Source: Ruminococcus flavefaciens (GTDB lineage: Bacteria > Bacteroidota > Bacteroidia > Bacteroidales > P3). Taken from it: 64,000 bases of DNA. The stretch is from the NCBI GenBank assembly GCA_023667315.1, contig JAMPAI010000001.1:72914-136913 (forward strand). The letters are read 5' to 3'. Shown here piece after piece: positions 44,132-53,095 of this stretch. The notes below the pieces were generated by a model. It was not told where the DNA came from, ran no database searches, and saw nothing but the letters and a program-made list of their open reading frames with translations. The stretch's first letter is position 1. Each line of letters begins with the position of its first letter. Made by a program: the position numbers and the translations under genes.

Positions 44132-46708
44132 ATGAAAAGTCGTGTATCCGGTAGGCTTTTTCTCCTTTTTTCCCTCATCTGTTTGCCGCTCGCAGGCTAC
44201 GCCACCCACCAGAAGGCCGCCGAGCTTACGGTCAGGCATGTGTCGGGCTATACCTACCGCGCCATATTGACCACCTACACCTATACGGGAACGCCCGTTG
44301 ACCGTCCCGAAATAGAGCTGGCCTGGGGCGACGGCACCGTCGAGGTGGTCTCGCGCAGCGGCGAGCAGTATCTGGGCAACGACACCAAGATGAACCGCTA
44401 CGAGGCCGTACACACCTATTCGGGTCCCGGGGTCTATACGCTCTACATGGAAGACCCCAACCGAAATTCGGGGGTCATCAATGTGCCCAACAGCGTGCTC
44501 ACCTACATGTACATCTCCACCTCCATCATCATAAGCCCCTGGCTGGGCGAGGGCAACAGCACGCCCGTAACCACCCACCGCCCGGTGGATGACAACGCCT
44601 GCCTGGGCAAGCGCTACACCCATAACCCGGGTGCCTACGACCCCGATGCCGACAGCCTTTCGTACCGTCTGGTACCCTGCCGCACCATGAACGGCGAGGA
44701 CGTGCCGGGCTATTCCTATCCCGTGGCGAGCGACACTTTCTTTCTCCATCCCACCACCGGAACCTTGGTGTGGCAAAGCCCCATGGCGCAGGGCGAATAC
44801 AATGTGGCCATCCTGATGGAGGAATGGCGCAACGGCATAAAGCTGGGGCATGTTACGCGCGACATGCAGATTCTGGTGCGCACCTGCAGCAACAACCCGC
44901 CCTACATCGAGGCCGGGGAAGAACACTGCGTGCTGGCCGGCACCGACCTGCACCTGCCCGTAAGCGTGCGCGACCAAGACGGCGACCGCCTGCGGCTTAC
45001 CGCGTTCGGCGAGATCCTTTCGGGCGGCAGGCGTTCGGGGCTGAACGAACTCTACAACGGCATCGATTCGGCCGAATACGACTTCTACTGGGTAACGGGG
45101 CTGGCCGATTCGCGCAGGCAGCCCTACATGCTCTACCTGCGTGCGCAAGACAACGGAGATCCCAACCTGAGCGACGTGCGCACCGTTTCGGTGCGGGTGG
45201 TGGCTCCGGCGGTAACTTTTTCCAATGCGCAGGCGAGCCGCGACCGCGTGGAACTGGCCTGGAACAGGAGCCTTTCACCCCACGCCTCGGGCTACGAACT
45301 GTACCGCCGCGACTTTTACCGCGACGAAACGCCCGCCGACACCTGTTTCACGGGCATTTCCGATTCTTCGTACATCCTTGTCGGCAGCTTTGCCGCCACC
45401 GATACGAGCTTTATCGATTTCTCGGTGCAGGAAGGCATGGAATACTGCTACAAGGTGGTGGTTACGTTTCCCGACGGCGACAGGAGCCGCGAGTCGGAGC
45501 CCGTCTGCGTGGAAACGCCCAATTTCTCGCCGCTCATCACGCAGGTAAGCGTGCTGGAGACCGATGTTTTCGAAGGCTGCCTGCAGGTTTCCTGGGTCCG
45601 CCCCAAAGATCTTGACAGCGGGTCGCAACGCTACCGTCTGTATGGCGGTCAGGTTCCCGACAGTCTGGCGTTCCTGGCCGATTTCGCCTTCGATTCCTGT
45701 GTGCAATACATCGATTCGGGGCGCAATACCGAGCGGATACGCTATTTCTACCGGGTGGAGGTTGACAGTTTCGCTTCCCGCCGGGCCTCCTCGGTTTACC
45801 TTACCGCCATCGGAAAGCCGCGCCGCGTGGAACTGCAGTGGGTCTGCGACGTGCCTTGGATCGTGGAACGCTACGATGTGTACCGCTACAACGACAGCGC
45901 GCAGGCTTTCGGTTTGATAGGCAGCACGAAAGACCGCATGTATTCCGACCGCCATCTGGAACCTGGAACGGAATACACCTACTATGTGGACGCGATAGCC
46001 ACCTACGGCAGCCGCCGCCTGAACGGATACACGCACAATCTCTCCAACATTATCGGCGAAACCGCCCGTCCCGGCGAGCCCTGCCAGCCCTACGTATTTG
46101 TGGTTCAGTCGAATTGCGACCCTTTTTACAACAAGATCGTGTGGAGTTTCGACAGTGCCTACGACCCCTTCGCCCCCGAACGGAACGACATGCAGGACGA
46201 ATACCTGGAAGACTGCCGCCTTTCGACCGACTATTACGAGATATACCGGCGCGAACCGGATAAAGGCGATTGGGACCTGATAGCCACCGTGCCCGAAACC
46301 GAATATACCGACAACGAGCCGGGTTCGCTCTTTTCGTGCTACCGGGTGGTGGGCGTGGCCGATGCCGGGCTGTACAGCGAGCCCAGCCGGGAGGCCTGCA
46401 CCGACAACTGGAACTGTTTCGTGTTCGACCTGCCCAACGTGTTCACTCCGAACGGCGACGGGGTCAACGATGTGCTCAAGCCGCGGAAATACAGGGACAT
46501 CAGCGAGTTTTACATCAAGATAGTGAACCGATGGGGCGTGGAAGTGTTCAAATCCTCCAAACCCGATTTCGAATGGAACGGACAGATGTACAACAAGGGC
46601 AAGGAATGCCCCGACGGAGCCTATTTCTATATGGCCGAGTTCAAGGCCAGGGCTTCGGGAAGAACGTTTAAGAAAGTGCAGTCGGGCAGCGTGACCATTC
46701 TGCGTTAG
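44132..46708 (+). CDS. large secreted protein with a T9SS type-B (gliding motility-associated) C-terminal sorting domain
   Basis: ORF 44114-46708 (GTG) trimmed to the ATG at 44132 (MKSRVSGRLFLLFSLICLPLAGYA signal). The C-terminus has LPNVFTPNGDGVNDVLKP...WNG...DGAYFY, typical of TIGR04131-type CTDs. Confidence 0.85.
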   Translation: MKSRVSGRLFLLFSLICLPLAGYATHQKAAELTVRHVSGYTYRAILTTYTYTGTPVDRPEIELAWGDGTVEVVSRSGEQYLGNDTKMNRYEAVHTYSGPGVYTLYMEDPNRNSGVINVPNSVLTYMYISTSIIISPWLGEGNSTPVTTHRPVDDNACLGKRYTHNPGAYDPDADSLSYRLVPCRTMNGEDVPGYSYPVASDTFFLHPTTGTLVWQSPMAQGEYNVAILMEEWRNGIKLGHVTRDMQILVRTCSNNPPYIEAGEEHCVLAGTDLHLPVSVRDQDGDRLRLTAFGEILSGGRRSGLNELYNGIDSAEYDFYWVTGLADSRRQPYMLYLRAQDNGDPNLSDVRTVSVRVVAPAVTFSNAQASRDRVELAWNRSLSPHASGYELYRRDFYRDETPADTCFTGISDSSYILVGSFAATDTSFIDFSVQEGMEYCYKVVVTFPDGDRSRESEPVCVETPNFSPLITQVSVLETDVFEGCLQVSWVRPKDLDSGSQRYRLYGGQVPDSLAFLADFAFDSCVQYIDSGRNTERIRYFYRVEVDSFASRRASSVYLTAIGKPRRVELQWVCDVPWIVERYDVYRYNDSAQAFGLIGSTKDRMYSDRHLEPGTEYTYYVDAIATYGSRRLNGYTHNLSNIIGETARPGEPCQPYVFVVQSNCDPFYNKIVWSFDSAYDPFAPERNDMQDEYLEDCRLSTDYYEIYRREPDKGDWDLIATVPETEYTDNEPGSLFSCYRVVGVADAGLYSEPSREACTDNWNCFVFDLPNVFTPNGDGVNDVLKPRKYRDISEFYIKIVNRWGVEVFKSSKPDFEWNGQMYNKGKECPDGAYFYMAEFKARASGRTFKKVQSGSVTILR

Positions 46709-48204
46709 AGCCGGAACAGCGTTATCAGAACCGCGACGAGGGCGGTAATCAGGAATTTTACGAAGAGCGGGGCGCGTTCGAAAATGCGCATCCATGATTT
46801 TTTTTGCCGTTCGCGTACGAAGACCAGGCAGAAGAACACGAGCATCAGCAGTAGGAACGCCATGCCGTAGGTGTAGTCGAGCACCGAGATGCGGCTCCAG
46901 CCGGCGGGGTCGAACAGCCCGAAAAAGAAATCGGCGGCCGACTGCAGGCTTCCCGAACGGAAAAAGATCCAGCCGAAGCTTATCAGGTTAAAGGTAATGA
47001 ACCAGCCCGTCAGGCGCAGCCAGCGGTTCCGTTCCACCTTGGCATCCCAGCGGCTCAGTTTCTCGATGCAAAGCACCGCGGCATGCAGGGCAGCCCACAG
47101 CAGGAATCCCAGGCCGGCGCCGTACCAGAGCCCTGCCAGCAGCATGGTAATGAGCAGTGCCGTCACCATGCGGAACTGCCCGTGGCGGTTGCCTCCCAAG
47201 GGTATATACACGTAATCCTTGAACCAGTCGTGCAGCGTGATGTGCCAGCGGCACCAGAAATCGCTAAGGCTCGATGCCTTGTAAGGAGAGTGGAAGTTCT
47301 CGGGCATGGAGAAACCCAACAGGGAGGAAAGCCCCGAAGCTATGTCGGTATAGCCCGAAAAGGCACAGTAAATCCATACCGAGAAACCGTAGAGCGCCAT
47401 CCATTTCTCAATGCCCGAGAACAGGTCGGGATTGTCGAAAACGGGCGAGACGATATGTGTGTCCAGAAAGTAAGCCACCGCGCCCGCCTTTACCAGGCCG
47501 AGCAGGATCTGTGTGAGCCCGCTCGAGAATTCCTGGCGTGTAAGCATGTAGTGGCTCTGCATCTGCGCCATGAAGGTCTCGGTGCGCACGATGGGGCCGG
47601 CCAGCATCTTGGGGAAGAACATTAGGTAGAAGCCGAAATCGCCCGCGCTTGCGAACGAAACCGTGTGTCCGCGCTTTAAATCGATCAGGTAGGAAAGGGC
47701 GTGGAGGGTAAAGAACGACAGTCCCACGGGAGGTATGAGCCGCTCTATGGTTTCGGGAAACAGCCGTCCGGAAGAGGTTTCGCTTAAGGGAAAGCCGTCC
47801 GCCAGGTAGTCGATGGCCGGCATTCCGCCGCCCCAGAGGGCGTTCCACAACTGGGTAAAGAACACGTTGTATTTAAAGACCGCCAGGATGCCGAGGTTCA
47901 GCAGAACCCCCACGGTCAGCCATGCCGCGCTCCCCTTGTCGGAACTTCTCTCGATTATCTTGCCGATGCCGTGGTTGAGGAACATCGACAGCAGCAGGAT
48001 AAAAACGAACAGCCCGCCCGTCTTGTAGCAGAAAAACAGGCTGCAAAGCAGCAGGAAAGTGTTCCTTGCCCGGCGGTTCCTGTAGCAGAGCGAGAGGCCG
48101 CCCAGCACGATGCACACGAAGATCCAGAAGGAGATTCCGGTAAACAGGAAACCCTTCTGTGGCGAGAACAAAAAGAAGTCCGACACTAAATCCAAGAGGT
48201 TCAT
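46705..48204 (-). CDS. MBOAT-family O-acyltransferase (AlgI/DltB/PatA-like)
   Basis: 499 aa, polytopic. Signature FWCRWHITLHDWFKDYVYIPLGGNR. Confidence 0.9.
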   Translation of the reverse strand: MNLLDLVSDFFLFSPQKGFLFTGISFWIFVCIVLGGLSLCYRNRRARNTFLLLCSLFFCYKTGGLFVFILLLSMFLNHGIGKIIERSSDKGSAAWLTVGVLLNLGILAVFKYNVFFTQLWNALWGGGMPAIDYLADGFPLSETSSGRLFPETIERLIPPVGLSFFTLHALSYLIDLKRGHTVSFASAGDFGFYLMFFPKMLAGPIVRTETFMAQMQSHYMLTRQEFSSGLTQILLGLVKAGAVAYFLDTHIVSPVFDNPDLFSGIEKWMALYGFSVWIYCAFSGYTDIASGLSSLLGFSMPENFHSPYKASSLSDFWCRWHITLHDWFKDYVYIPLGGNRHGQFRMVTALLITMLLAGLWYGAGLGFLLWAALHAAVLCIEKLSRWDAKVERNRWLRLTGWFITFNLISFGWIFFRSGSLQSAADFFFGLFDPAGWSRISVLDYTYGMAFLLLMLVFFCLVFVRERQKKSWMRIFERAPLFVKFLITALVAVLITLFRL

Positions 48205-49766
48205 GAGGCAGGGTTTGGCGTTTCCGAAATCAGTTTTTTGGCGCGCTGCAGCATGCTGCGCTTTCTTTCCTGCAACAGGAAACGGCGGTATTCACCAAGG
48301 AACGAACGGTAAAAGAGTTTGCCCACCCATTCGGCGCCGCGCGGGGTAAAGTGGCTCAGGTTGCGCGATACCAAGGGTGTCTGTGCCTCCGCCCAGCGCG
48401 CCATGGCGTTTCCGCCGCCCAAGGCCTCGTTCATGTTCCAGAACACGCAGCCGCAGGCAAAGGCGCATTCCCGCTGTATGTCTGTCAGTTGTTCGATGTC
48501 GCCCGAAGAGGCCGTGCCCATCACGATTACCGGGGTCTGCGGCATAAGCATGCGCAGGTAGGCCAGTTCCTTCATGAGCAGCACGCGGTAGCTGCCGTAG
48601 TCCTTGTTTCTAAGCGCCGCGCTGCCGTCGAACTGGTAGAGCACCAGGCCGGTGTTGAGCAGCACCATCTGGTTGATGAGGAAGCGGCGGTTGTTTGGTG
48701 AGAAAACGGCGCCCTCATAGCCTTTTACCGACATATTGTCCACGCAGACACCCGTCGTGTCGTTGAGCGAGAGCGCGTACAGGCAGGCGTTTTTCGATAA
48801 GGTGAGCGTCAGTTCCACTTCCTTGGCGCCGGAGGGCAGGGCGTAGGTGTAGCGTTGCTGTCCAGGCACTTCCAACACTTGTGCGGGGGTCTTGTGTCTG
48901 TCGGCGGTTACGGCAATCTGTTTGCCCGCCACTTCGTCGTGCAGTACGGCTTCCAGAAACAGGGTCTGCTGCTGCAGTTTTTCGGGAATGCGGATGCGCA
49001 GGAAGCCCTTGTCGGCGGTTTTCTGCCCGAAGGCGTTTACCGGGGGCGGGTTCAGCGAGGCGCCATACACCCCGAAGTTGCCGCGCGGTGTGCTCTTGGA
49101 AGGCTGGGAAACGTGCCATTTTCCGCTGCGCTTTACCGATATAAAGTTGGCGTTGGTCTGGAAAAGCGGCAGCAAGCCCACACCCGCCCCGCCGAAATCC
49201 CGCTGCATAAGCTGCCGCAGGGTACCGCTCACGTAGTCGTTCTCGATAAGGCTTCCGCCGTAATGCAGCACCCGCACGAAACTTTTGCGGGCGGCGGCCA
49301 GGTCGTCGTTCCAGAAATCGGGCTTCTCGTACCAGTCGGCGATCCGGTCGGCATGCGGTGGGTTGCGCAGGGCCAGCAGTTTGGCGAAGAAATCCTGCAA
49401 CAGGTATTTTCCGGCGCCTGCGCTGTCGTATTCGAACGGAAAGAGGGGCACGTCGGCCAATTCCCCGTTCTCGAAAATATCGGTGTCCAGACGGTAGAGA
49501 TACTTGTAGAGAAGCATCAGGCTGTCGGTTTCCCAACGGCGCGACACATCGGCCAAGACCTTGGCTTCCTTTTCTTCCTGCTGTCGCTGCTTTTTCTGCA
49601 TCTGCTGCCGGACGGCCTTCTGCCGCTGCACCTTTTCAGATTTGGGCGCGGCGGGCGACGGTTTGGGCAGTTCGATGCTCAGATCAGGCGCATACAGGCA
49701 GAGGTAAACCGCCGCCACGACAAGCAGGGTGCAGGCCAAAAACAGGAATGTCTTGAAAGGTTTCAT
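48201..49766 (-). CDS. membrane-anchored SGNH-like protein partnered with the MBOAT
   Basis: 521 aa. N-terminal TM and a charged coiled segment. Block-I-like VLHYGGSLIEND and block-V-like NLSHFTPRGAEW. ATGA overlap with the MBOAT start. Confidence 0.55.
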   Translation of the reverse strand: MKPFKTFLFLACTLLVVAAVYLCLYAPDLSIELPKPSPAAPKSEKVQRQKAVRQQMQKKQRQQEEKEAKVLADVSRRWETDSLMLLYKYLYRLDTDIFENGELADVPLFPFEYDSAGAGKYLLQDFFAKLLALRNPPHADRIADWYEKPDFWNDDLAAARKSFVRVLHYGGSLIENDYVSGTLRQLMQRDFGGAGVGLLPLFQTNANFISVKRSGKWHVSQPSKSTPRGNFGVYGASLNPPPVNAFGQKTADKGFLRIRIPEKLQQQTLFLEAVLHDEVAGKQIAVTADRHKTPAQVLEVPGQQRYTYALPSGAKEVELTLTLSKNACLYALSLNDTTGVCVDNMSVKGYEGAVFSPNNRRFLINQMVLLNTGLVLYQFDGSAALRNKDYGSYRVLLMKELAYLRMLMPQTPVIVMGTASSGDIEQLTDIQRECAFACGCVFWNMNEALGGGNAMARWAEAQTPLVSRNLSHFTPRGAEWVGKLFYRSFLGEYRRFLLQERKRSMLQRAKKLISETPNPAS

Positions 49767-49768
49767 GC

Positions 49769-51361
49769 CTAATGCTGCGTGGTAACGATTTTAAGCGACT
49801 GGCCGGGATAGATGGTTCCTTTCTTGCTGAGTTTGTTGTCGCGGATGATGCCGTTTACCGACGAGCCCTGGTAGCGGCGCGAGATGGAATAGATCGTCTC
49901 GCCCTTGCGTACCACGTGGGTGTAGGTGCGGGTCGCCTGCATCTGCGAGGGGCTTTTCACGGCCGGTTTGTCGTCGCGTGGCTTGGTAACGGTCATGCTT
50001 ACCTTGCCCTTGTCGGAGTTGCCCGTTACATGGTCGGCAGGGTATCTGAGGGTCGAGTTCGACTGGTACGGACGGTTGCCGGTGTAGATGTACAGGATCT
50101 GGTTGGGATAGATGGTGGAAGAACGCAGGTTGTTCCACTTCATCAGGTCGGACACCTTTACATGGAATTTGGCGGCGATGTTCGAGAGGGTCTGCCCGCG
50201 CTGCACGCGATAGGGAAAGCGCACGGGCGTGGGCGGAATGCGGTTGTTGGTGTCGGCGTAGATGTCTTCCTCGTTCTCCATGAACTTGATCGTGAAGTTT
50301 ACCGGAAGGCGGATGCTGTAGTAGTCGGTGTTGCCGGGAATCACGTCGCGGCGGTACTGGGGGTTGAGGTCGCGCAGCACCTGCAGGGGAATGTTGAGCC
50401 GTTCGGCCACCACGCCCAGGTTCAGGTCTTTATCGACCATGAGCGTATCGGTGAGCAGGGGTACGGAATTGGGGGCTTCGAAACCGTATTCGCGGTAGTA
50501 GTTCATGATGTAGGTGGCGCCGATAAAGGCGGGCACGTAGCCCCTTGTCTCGCGCGGCAGGAACGGATAGATCTGCCAGAAGTCGGTCTTGCCCTGCGCC
50601 CTGCGGATGGCGCGGTTCACGTTGCCGGGGCCACAGTTGTAGGCGGCGATGGCCAGGATCCAGTCGCCGAAGTTGTCGTAGAGGTCTTTGAGGTAGCGCG
50701 CGGCCGCGTTGCCGGCCTTTTCGGGGTCGAAGCGTTCGTCCACGTGTTGGTCTATCTTAAGGCCGTACATCCGTCCGGTCTGGTACATGAACTGCCAGCT
50801 TCCCGAAGCACCCACGCGCGACACGGCGCGCGGATTGAGGGCCGACTCGATGATGGCGAGGTATTTCAGTTCCTGCGGAACGCCGTTGCGCTCCATGGCC
50901 TGTTCGAAAATGGGAAAGTAATACTGCGAGAGGGCCAGCATCACGTTGATTTGCTGGCGGCGTTTGTTTACGTAAACGTCTATGTAATTCTTTATCTTTT
51001 GGTTGTAGGGAAGCTTGACCACGAAGTGTTCGCTCAGCCCGTCCAGCCTTGCCCGATACACCGAGTCGGGATCATTGTAATAGGGAATGTCGCCCGTAAG
51101 TTCGGGGCGTTCCTGAATCTGCGCGGTGTCGCTGCCCTTTTTGTAGTTCTTGTTGAAGAACAGCAGTTCCTTCGAGAGAAAGAACTCTTCCAGCAGCACG
51201 TCCGCCAGACTGTCTTCGCGCGTGATGGCCTGCGCCCTGGCCGGGCCTTCATCGGCCACGGGAGGCACCAAGACCTGCCCCTGCGCCACCGGCAAAAGGC
51301 TCATCACCGCCCCCAGGCAAAGCAAAACGACAACCCTGAAATTTTTGATTTGGAATCGCAT
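49769..51361 (-). CDS. mltD: lytic transglycosylase with C-terminal LysM repeats (MltD-like)
   Basis: ORF 49769-51391 (TTG) trimmed to the ATG at 51361 (MRFQIKNFRVVVLLCLGAVMSLLPVAQG). SLT core IIESALNPRAVSRVGASGSWQFM. LysM-like YRVQRGQTLSNIAAKF and HVVRKGETIYSISRRY. Confidence 0.86.
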   Translation of the reverse strand: MRFQIKNFRVVVLLCLGAVMSLLPVAQGQVLVPPVADEGPARAQAITREDSLADVLLEEFFLSKELLFFNKNYKKGSDTAQIQERPELTGDIPYYNDPDSVYRARLDGLSEHFVVKLPYNQKIKNYIDVYVNKRRQQINVMLALSQYYFPIFEQAMERNGVPQELKYLAIIESALNPRAVSRVGASGSWQFMYQTGRMYGLKIDQHVDERFDPEKAGNAAARYLKDLYDNFGDWILAIAAYNCGPGNVNRAIRRAQGKTDFWQIYPFLPRETRGYVPAFIGATYIMNYYREYGFEAPNSVPLLTDTLMVDKDLNLGVVAERLNIPLQVLRDLNPQYRRDVIPGNTDYYSIRLPVNFTIKFMENEEDIYADTNNRIPPTPVRFPYRVQRGQTLSNIAAKFHVKVSDLMKWNNLRSSTIYPNQILYIYTGNRPYQSNSTLRYPADHVTGNSDKGKVSMTVTKPRDDKPAVKSPSQMQATRTYTHVVRKGETIYSISRRYQGSSVNGIIRDNKLSKKGTIYPGQSLKIVTTQH

Positions 51362-51367
51362 AAGGTG

Positions 51368-51375
51368 CAAAGATA
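51368..51375 (-). promoter_or_regulatory. -7 box TAtcTTTG only 6 nt upstream of the mltD ATG
   Basis: Minus strand reads ttttgTATCTTTGcaccttATG. Confidence 0.45.
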
Positions 51376-51474
51376 CAAAAGCCGAGAGCAAAGAGAAAAT
51401 TTATTTTTTCTTTGCCGAGGCGAAGTACCTTCTGTGAGGCAAAAGAGAGCTCCACATATGGAAAATGAATTGAA

Positions 51475-51597
51475 TTTCTCAAAAATGTGTAAAACTAAAC
51501 CCGATGAGTTTCTCAAAAACGTGTAAAATTTATCTTGTTAAGTTTCTTAAAAATGTGTAATTTTGTCTCTGATAAGTTTCTAAAAAACGTGTATATG
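51475..51597 (+). repeat. four direct repeats with an exact 34-bp period (20-bp conserved core + 14-bp variable part), the last containing the ATPase start codon
   Basis: Units start at 51475, 51509, 51543 and 51577. The cores are tttctcaaaaatgtgtaaaa, tttctcaaaaacgtgtaaaa, tttcttaaaaatgtgtaatt and tttctaaaaaacgtgtatat. Confidence 0.9.
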
Positions 51598-52962
51598 AAA
51601 CGTAAGGTTTATCAAGATTTGCTGACTTGGAAAAAAGAGCATAAAGGAGATACGGCGCTTTTGATAGAAGGTGCGCGGCGTATCGGAAAAAGCTATATCG
51701 CGGAAGAATTTGCCAAAAGGGAATACGACGCTTATCTTTTGGTCGATTTCAGTAAGGCTCATCCCAAGGTAAAGGAGCTTTTTGATCTTTATTTAGACGA
51801 TATTGATACACTTCTGAGTAATCTTGAGGTTTATTACAAGAGGAAACTCACTCCGCGCCCTTCGCCTCAATCCGAAGCGAAATCCCTTGTCATTTTCGAT
51901 GAAGTGCAGTTTTGTCCGCGAGCCCGCGCAGGCATCAAGCATCTGGTGGCGGACCGTCGATACGATTACATAGAAACGGGTTCGCTTATCTCGATCAAGA
52001 AAAATGTAAAGGGCATCATGTTGCCCTCGGAAGAACATTCCCTCGAAATGTTCCCGATGGATTTTGAAGAATTTTTGTGGGCGATGGGCGATGAAATGCT
52101 GATGCCGTACATCCGCACGCAGTTCGAAAAGAGGCGGCCGATGCAGATGTTTCACCGCCGCGCCATGGATTACTTCCGTCAATACCTTATTGTGGGAGGA
52201 ATGCCCCAGGCCGTGGAACGCTATGTGGCAACACGGGATTTTGTTTCTGTGGATGAAGTGAAGCGGGATATTTTGACGCTGTATAGGAACGATATCCGAA
52301 AATATGCCGACCGTCAAGAGACCAAAGTAGCCTCCATATTTGAAGAGATTCCCGGGCAACTGCAAAAGCACGAAAAAAAGTTTCGTTTGTCAGACTTGCA
52401 GGAAGATGCCCGTATGCGCGATTACCGGCAGGCCTTTTTTTGGTTGACCGATGCCAAGATAATCAACTGCTGCTATAATTCCACCGAACCGAGCATAGGT
52501 TTGAAATTGAAGGAAGACCGCACTTCGATGAAATGTTATATGGGTGATACCGGCTTGCTGATAAGCCAGGCTTTCGATGAACGGAGTCTGGTATCCGGAG
52601 AATTATATAAAAAGTTGATGTTCGATAAATTGGAGGTGAACAGCGGCATGTTGGTCGAAAATATTGTGGCGCAGATGCTTCGGGCGGCAGGTCATAGACT
52701 GTACTTTTACAGCAGAAATTCAGCAAATGCCGAAGAACGTATGGAAATCGATTTTTTGGTGTCGAAACCGGTGATAACGAGCCGGCATAACATCAGTCCG
52801 ATAGAGGTGAAATCGGGGAGGCAATATACGCTCTCATCGCTCCGGAAGTGCATTGCAAAATACGGCCCCCGTCTTGCTACCCCGTATGTCCTTCACGACA
52901 AAGACCTTAAGGTTGAAGACGGTATTGTTTATTTGCCCTTGTATATGACGCCATTGCTGTAA
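51595..52962 (+). CDS. AAA ATPase (AAA_14 + DUF4143 type)
   Basis: ORF 51535-52962 trimmed to the ATG at 51595 (MKRKVYQDLLTWKKEHKGDTALLIEGARRIGKSYI, Walker A). Walker B-like LVIFDEVQ. C-terminal MEIDFLV...SPIEVKSG. Confidence 0.87.
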   Translation: MKRKVYQDLLTWKKEHKGDTALLIEGARRIGKSYIAEEFAKREYDAYLLVDFSKAHPKVKELFDLYLDDIDTLLSNLEVYYKRKLTPRPSPQSEAKSLVIFDEVQFCPRARAGIKHLVADRRYDYIETGSLISIKKNVKGIMLPSEEHSLEMFPMDFEEFLWAMGDEMLMPYIRTQFEKRRPMQMFHRRAMDYFRQYLIVGGMPQAVERYVATRDFVSVDEVKRDILTLYRNDIRKYADRQETKVASIFEEIPGQLQKHEKKFRLSDLQEDARMRDYRQAFFWLTDAKIINCCYNSTEPSIGLKLKEDRTSMKCYMGDTGLLISQAFDERSLVSGELYKKLMFDKLEVNSGMLVENIVAQMLRAAGHRLYFYSRNSANAEERMEIDFLVSKPVITSRHNISPIEVKSGRQYTLSSLRKCIAKYGPRLATPYVLHDKDLKVEDGIVYLPLYMTPLL

Positions 52963-52990
52963 AGCCGCTTTCCATTAAAGCTATTCAATC

Positions 52991-53059
52991 CGCATAATTC
53001 GATTTGCATAAATCATGCAGTCGGTCATGTAGATGGCCCGCCTGTACGGAAATCCCTAA
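52991..53059 (+). pseudogene. ghost of a paralogue of the 55502-56656 ATPase gene: upstream repeat plus the last ~11 codons only
   Basis: cgcataattcgatttgcataaatcat (52991-53016) matches the 14-bp repeats at 55423-55478. atgtagatggcccgcctgtacggaaatccc (53027-53056) matches 56612-56641 at 28/30, with TGG changed to TAG. Confidence 0.65.
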
Positions 53060-53066
53060 AAAAGCG

Positions 53067-53074
53067 TACCTTCG
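53067..53074 (+). promoter_or_regulatory. -7 box variant TAccTTCG upstream of the OM barrel gene
   Basis: aaagcgTACCTTCGgagcc, 21 nt upstream of the ATG at 53096. Confidence 0.4.
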
Positions 53075-53095
53075 GAGCCGTTAAAGGTTCGGGAC

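Noticed and set aside
51475-51597. CRISPR array interpretation of the 34-bp periodic repeats (and of the 33-bp and 14-bp repeats).
   Set aside because: There are only 4 units. The conserved part is ~20 bp and the 'spacers' 14 bp. The units are degenerate, no cas genes are in the window, and the last unit contains a start codon.
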